DNA of 64,000 nt from an uncultured Haloferula sp. (lineage in GTDB: Bacteria; Verrucomicrobiota; Verrucomicrobiia; Verrucomicrobiales; Akkermansiaceae). Positions within the stretch are counted from its first letter, which is position 1; each line of letters begins with the position of its first letter. A model generated the notes under the pieces. That model was given only the letters and a program-made list of their open reading frames with translations. It was not told where the DNA came from and did not search any database. Made by a program: the position numbers and the translations under genes. Positions 63,288-64,000 of this stretch are shown one piece after another. The stretch is from positions 352,001-416,000 of the forward strand of contig CBFGTS010000001.1 in the NCBI GenBank assembly GCA_965652295.1, in the 5' to 3' direction.

Positions 63288-64000
63288 CAGGATCCGAGGC
63301 GCTGGGTGAGGCGGGATTTCACATCCTGCTGGAAGGCCGCGATGTGATCGCAAACGAAGCCGACGATATCCGTGGTGTCGTCGACGATGAGGGGCGTGAG
63401 GTCCATGCCGAAGATGAGCTGCGTGGAGGTGTCCGAGGCATGGGATTCGAAGAAGGTGGCATTCGCAGCCCGGCGGCCGAGGGTGGCGAGATCATAGCGC
63501 TTTCCCCCGGCGATCTGGGAGTCGAAGACGCCGTTGAGTGCGGCGGCGAGGTTGTCACGACCGCTGACATCCATGAGGACCTTGGCTTCATCAGGGAGCC
63601 AATCGAGATTACGCCAGACTTCGCAACCGATCACCTGGGAGGGCCGCTTTTCCGGTGCGAGGGAACGGACGGCCTGGAGGGTGGCGACGGTGACGCCAAT
63701 GTGGGTGTCGTGCTTGTCGGCGGGATTGTGGGTGTAGACGACCTTGGGCGTGGCAGCTTCGAGGATGGAAACGAGATCTTCCTTCAGGGAAGCATCGGCG
63801 GCGTCCTTGATGGTCTTGCTGGAGTGGTCGAGTTGAATCATGACGCCGTAGGCTCCGATGGTGGCGGCGGTCTTTTGCTCGCAGCGTCGGACCTGCATCA
63901 TGTCGGCATCGCTATAAGTCGCGTAGGGACCGGTGCGGGAGCTGCCGGCACCGTTGCTGCAGGTCACTCCGCCGAACCATTGGTCGTCGCGCGAGATGCA
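63287..64000 (-). CDS. PIG-L/LmbE family de-N-acetylase (5' end outside window)
   Basis: VTC..G, R..EQ..AA, VVYTHNPADKHDTH, FDSQI; stop overlaps the nagB start. Confidence 0.72.
   Translation of the reverse strand, partial: CISRDDQWFGGVTCSNGAGSSRTGPYATYSDADMMQVRRCEQKTAATIGAYGVMIQLDHSSKTIKDAADASLKEDLVSILEAATPKVVYTHNPADKHDTHIGVTVATLQAVRSLAPEKRPSQVIGCEVWRNLDWLPDEAKVLMDVSGRDNLAAALNGVFDSQIAGGKRYDLATLGRRAANATFFESHASDTSTQLIFGMDLTPLIVDDTTDIVGFVCDHIAAFQQDVKSRLTQRLGS

Overview
High-GC bacterial chromosomal window, probably Verrucomicrobiota (Luteolibacter/Haloferula-like). That placement is inferred from a PEP-CTERM protein, a membrane-anchored GH75 next to dnaX, a DxDGDG-type C-terminal domain and an Amuc_1098-like secretin N-domain. 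About 47 genes are present. Housekeeping and metabolic genes include an ABC exporter, PPi-type PEP carboxykinase, polX, ybaB, dnaX, pabB, rpe, a glyoxalase, a USP and nagB. There are two carbohydrate operons (41.4-48.0 kb and 48.2-53.1 kb), a PEP-CTERM protein, a kexin-like S8 protease and a ~2240-aa secreted giant protein. The most unusual region is a lower-GC accessory island at ~8.05-19.7 kb. It encodes six glycosyltransferase-like genes built from shuffled modules of mostly eukaryote-associated families (DUF3405-like, DUF707, GT14/Branch, GT90, GT77-like, GT25, SAM-MTase). These surround a small Tat-signal peptide with (GGSS)n repeats, an IS630 remnant and an AT-rich helical protein. Other notable signals are an A9 run in dnaX with stops in both shifted frames, GGAG/GTAG REP-like palindromes, and heptamer-repeat leaders abutting start codons. 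I saw no rRNA, tRNA or CRISPR array. All family assignments are motif recognition by eye; no database search was run, and GC comparisons are visual estimates.
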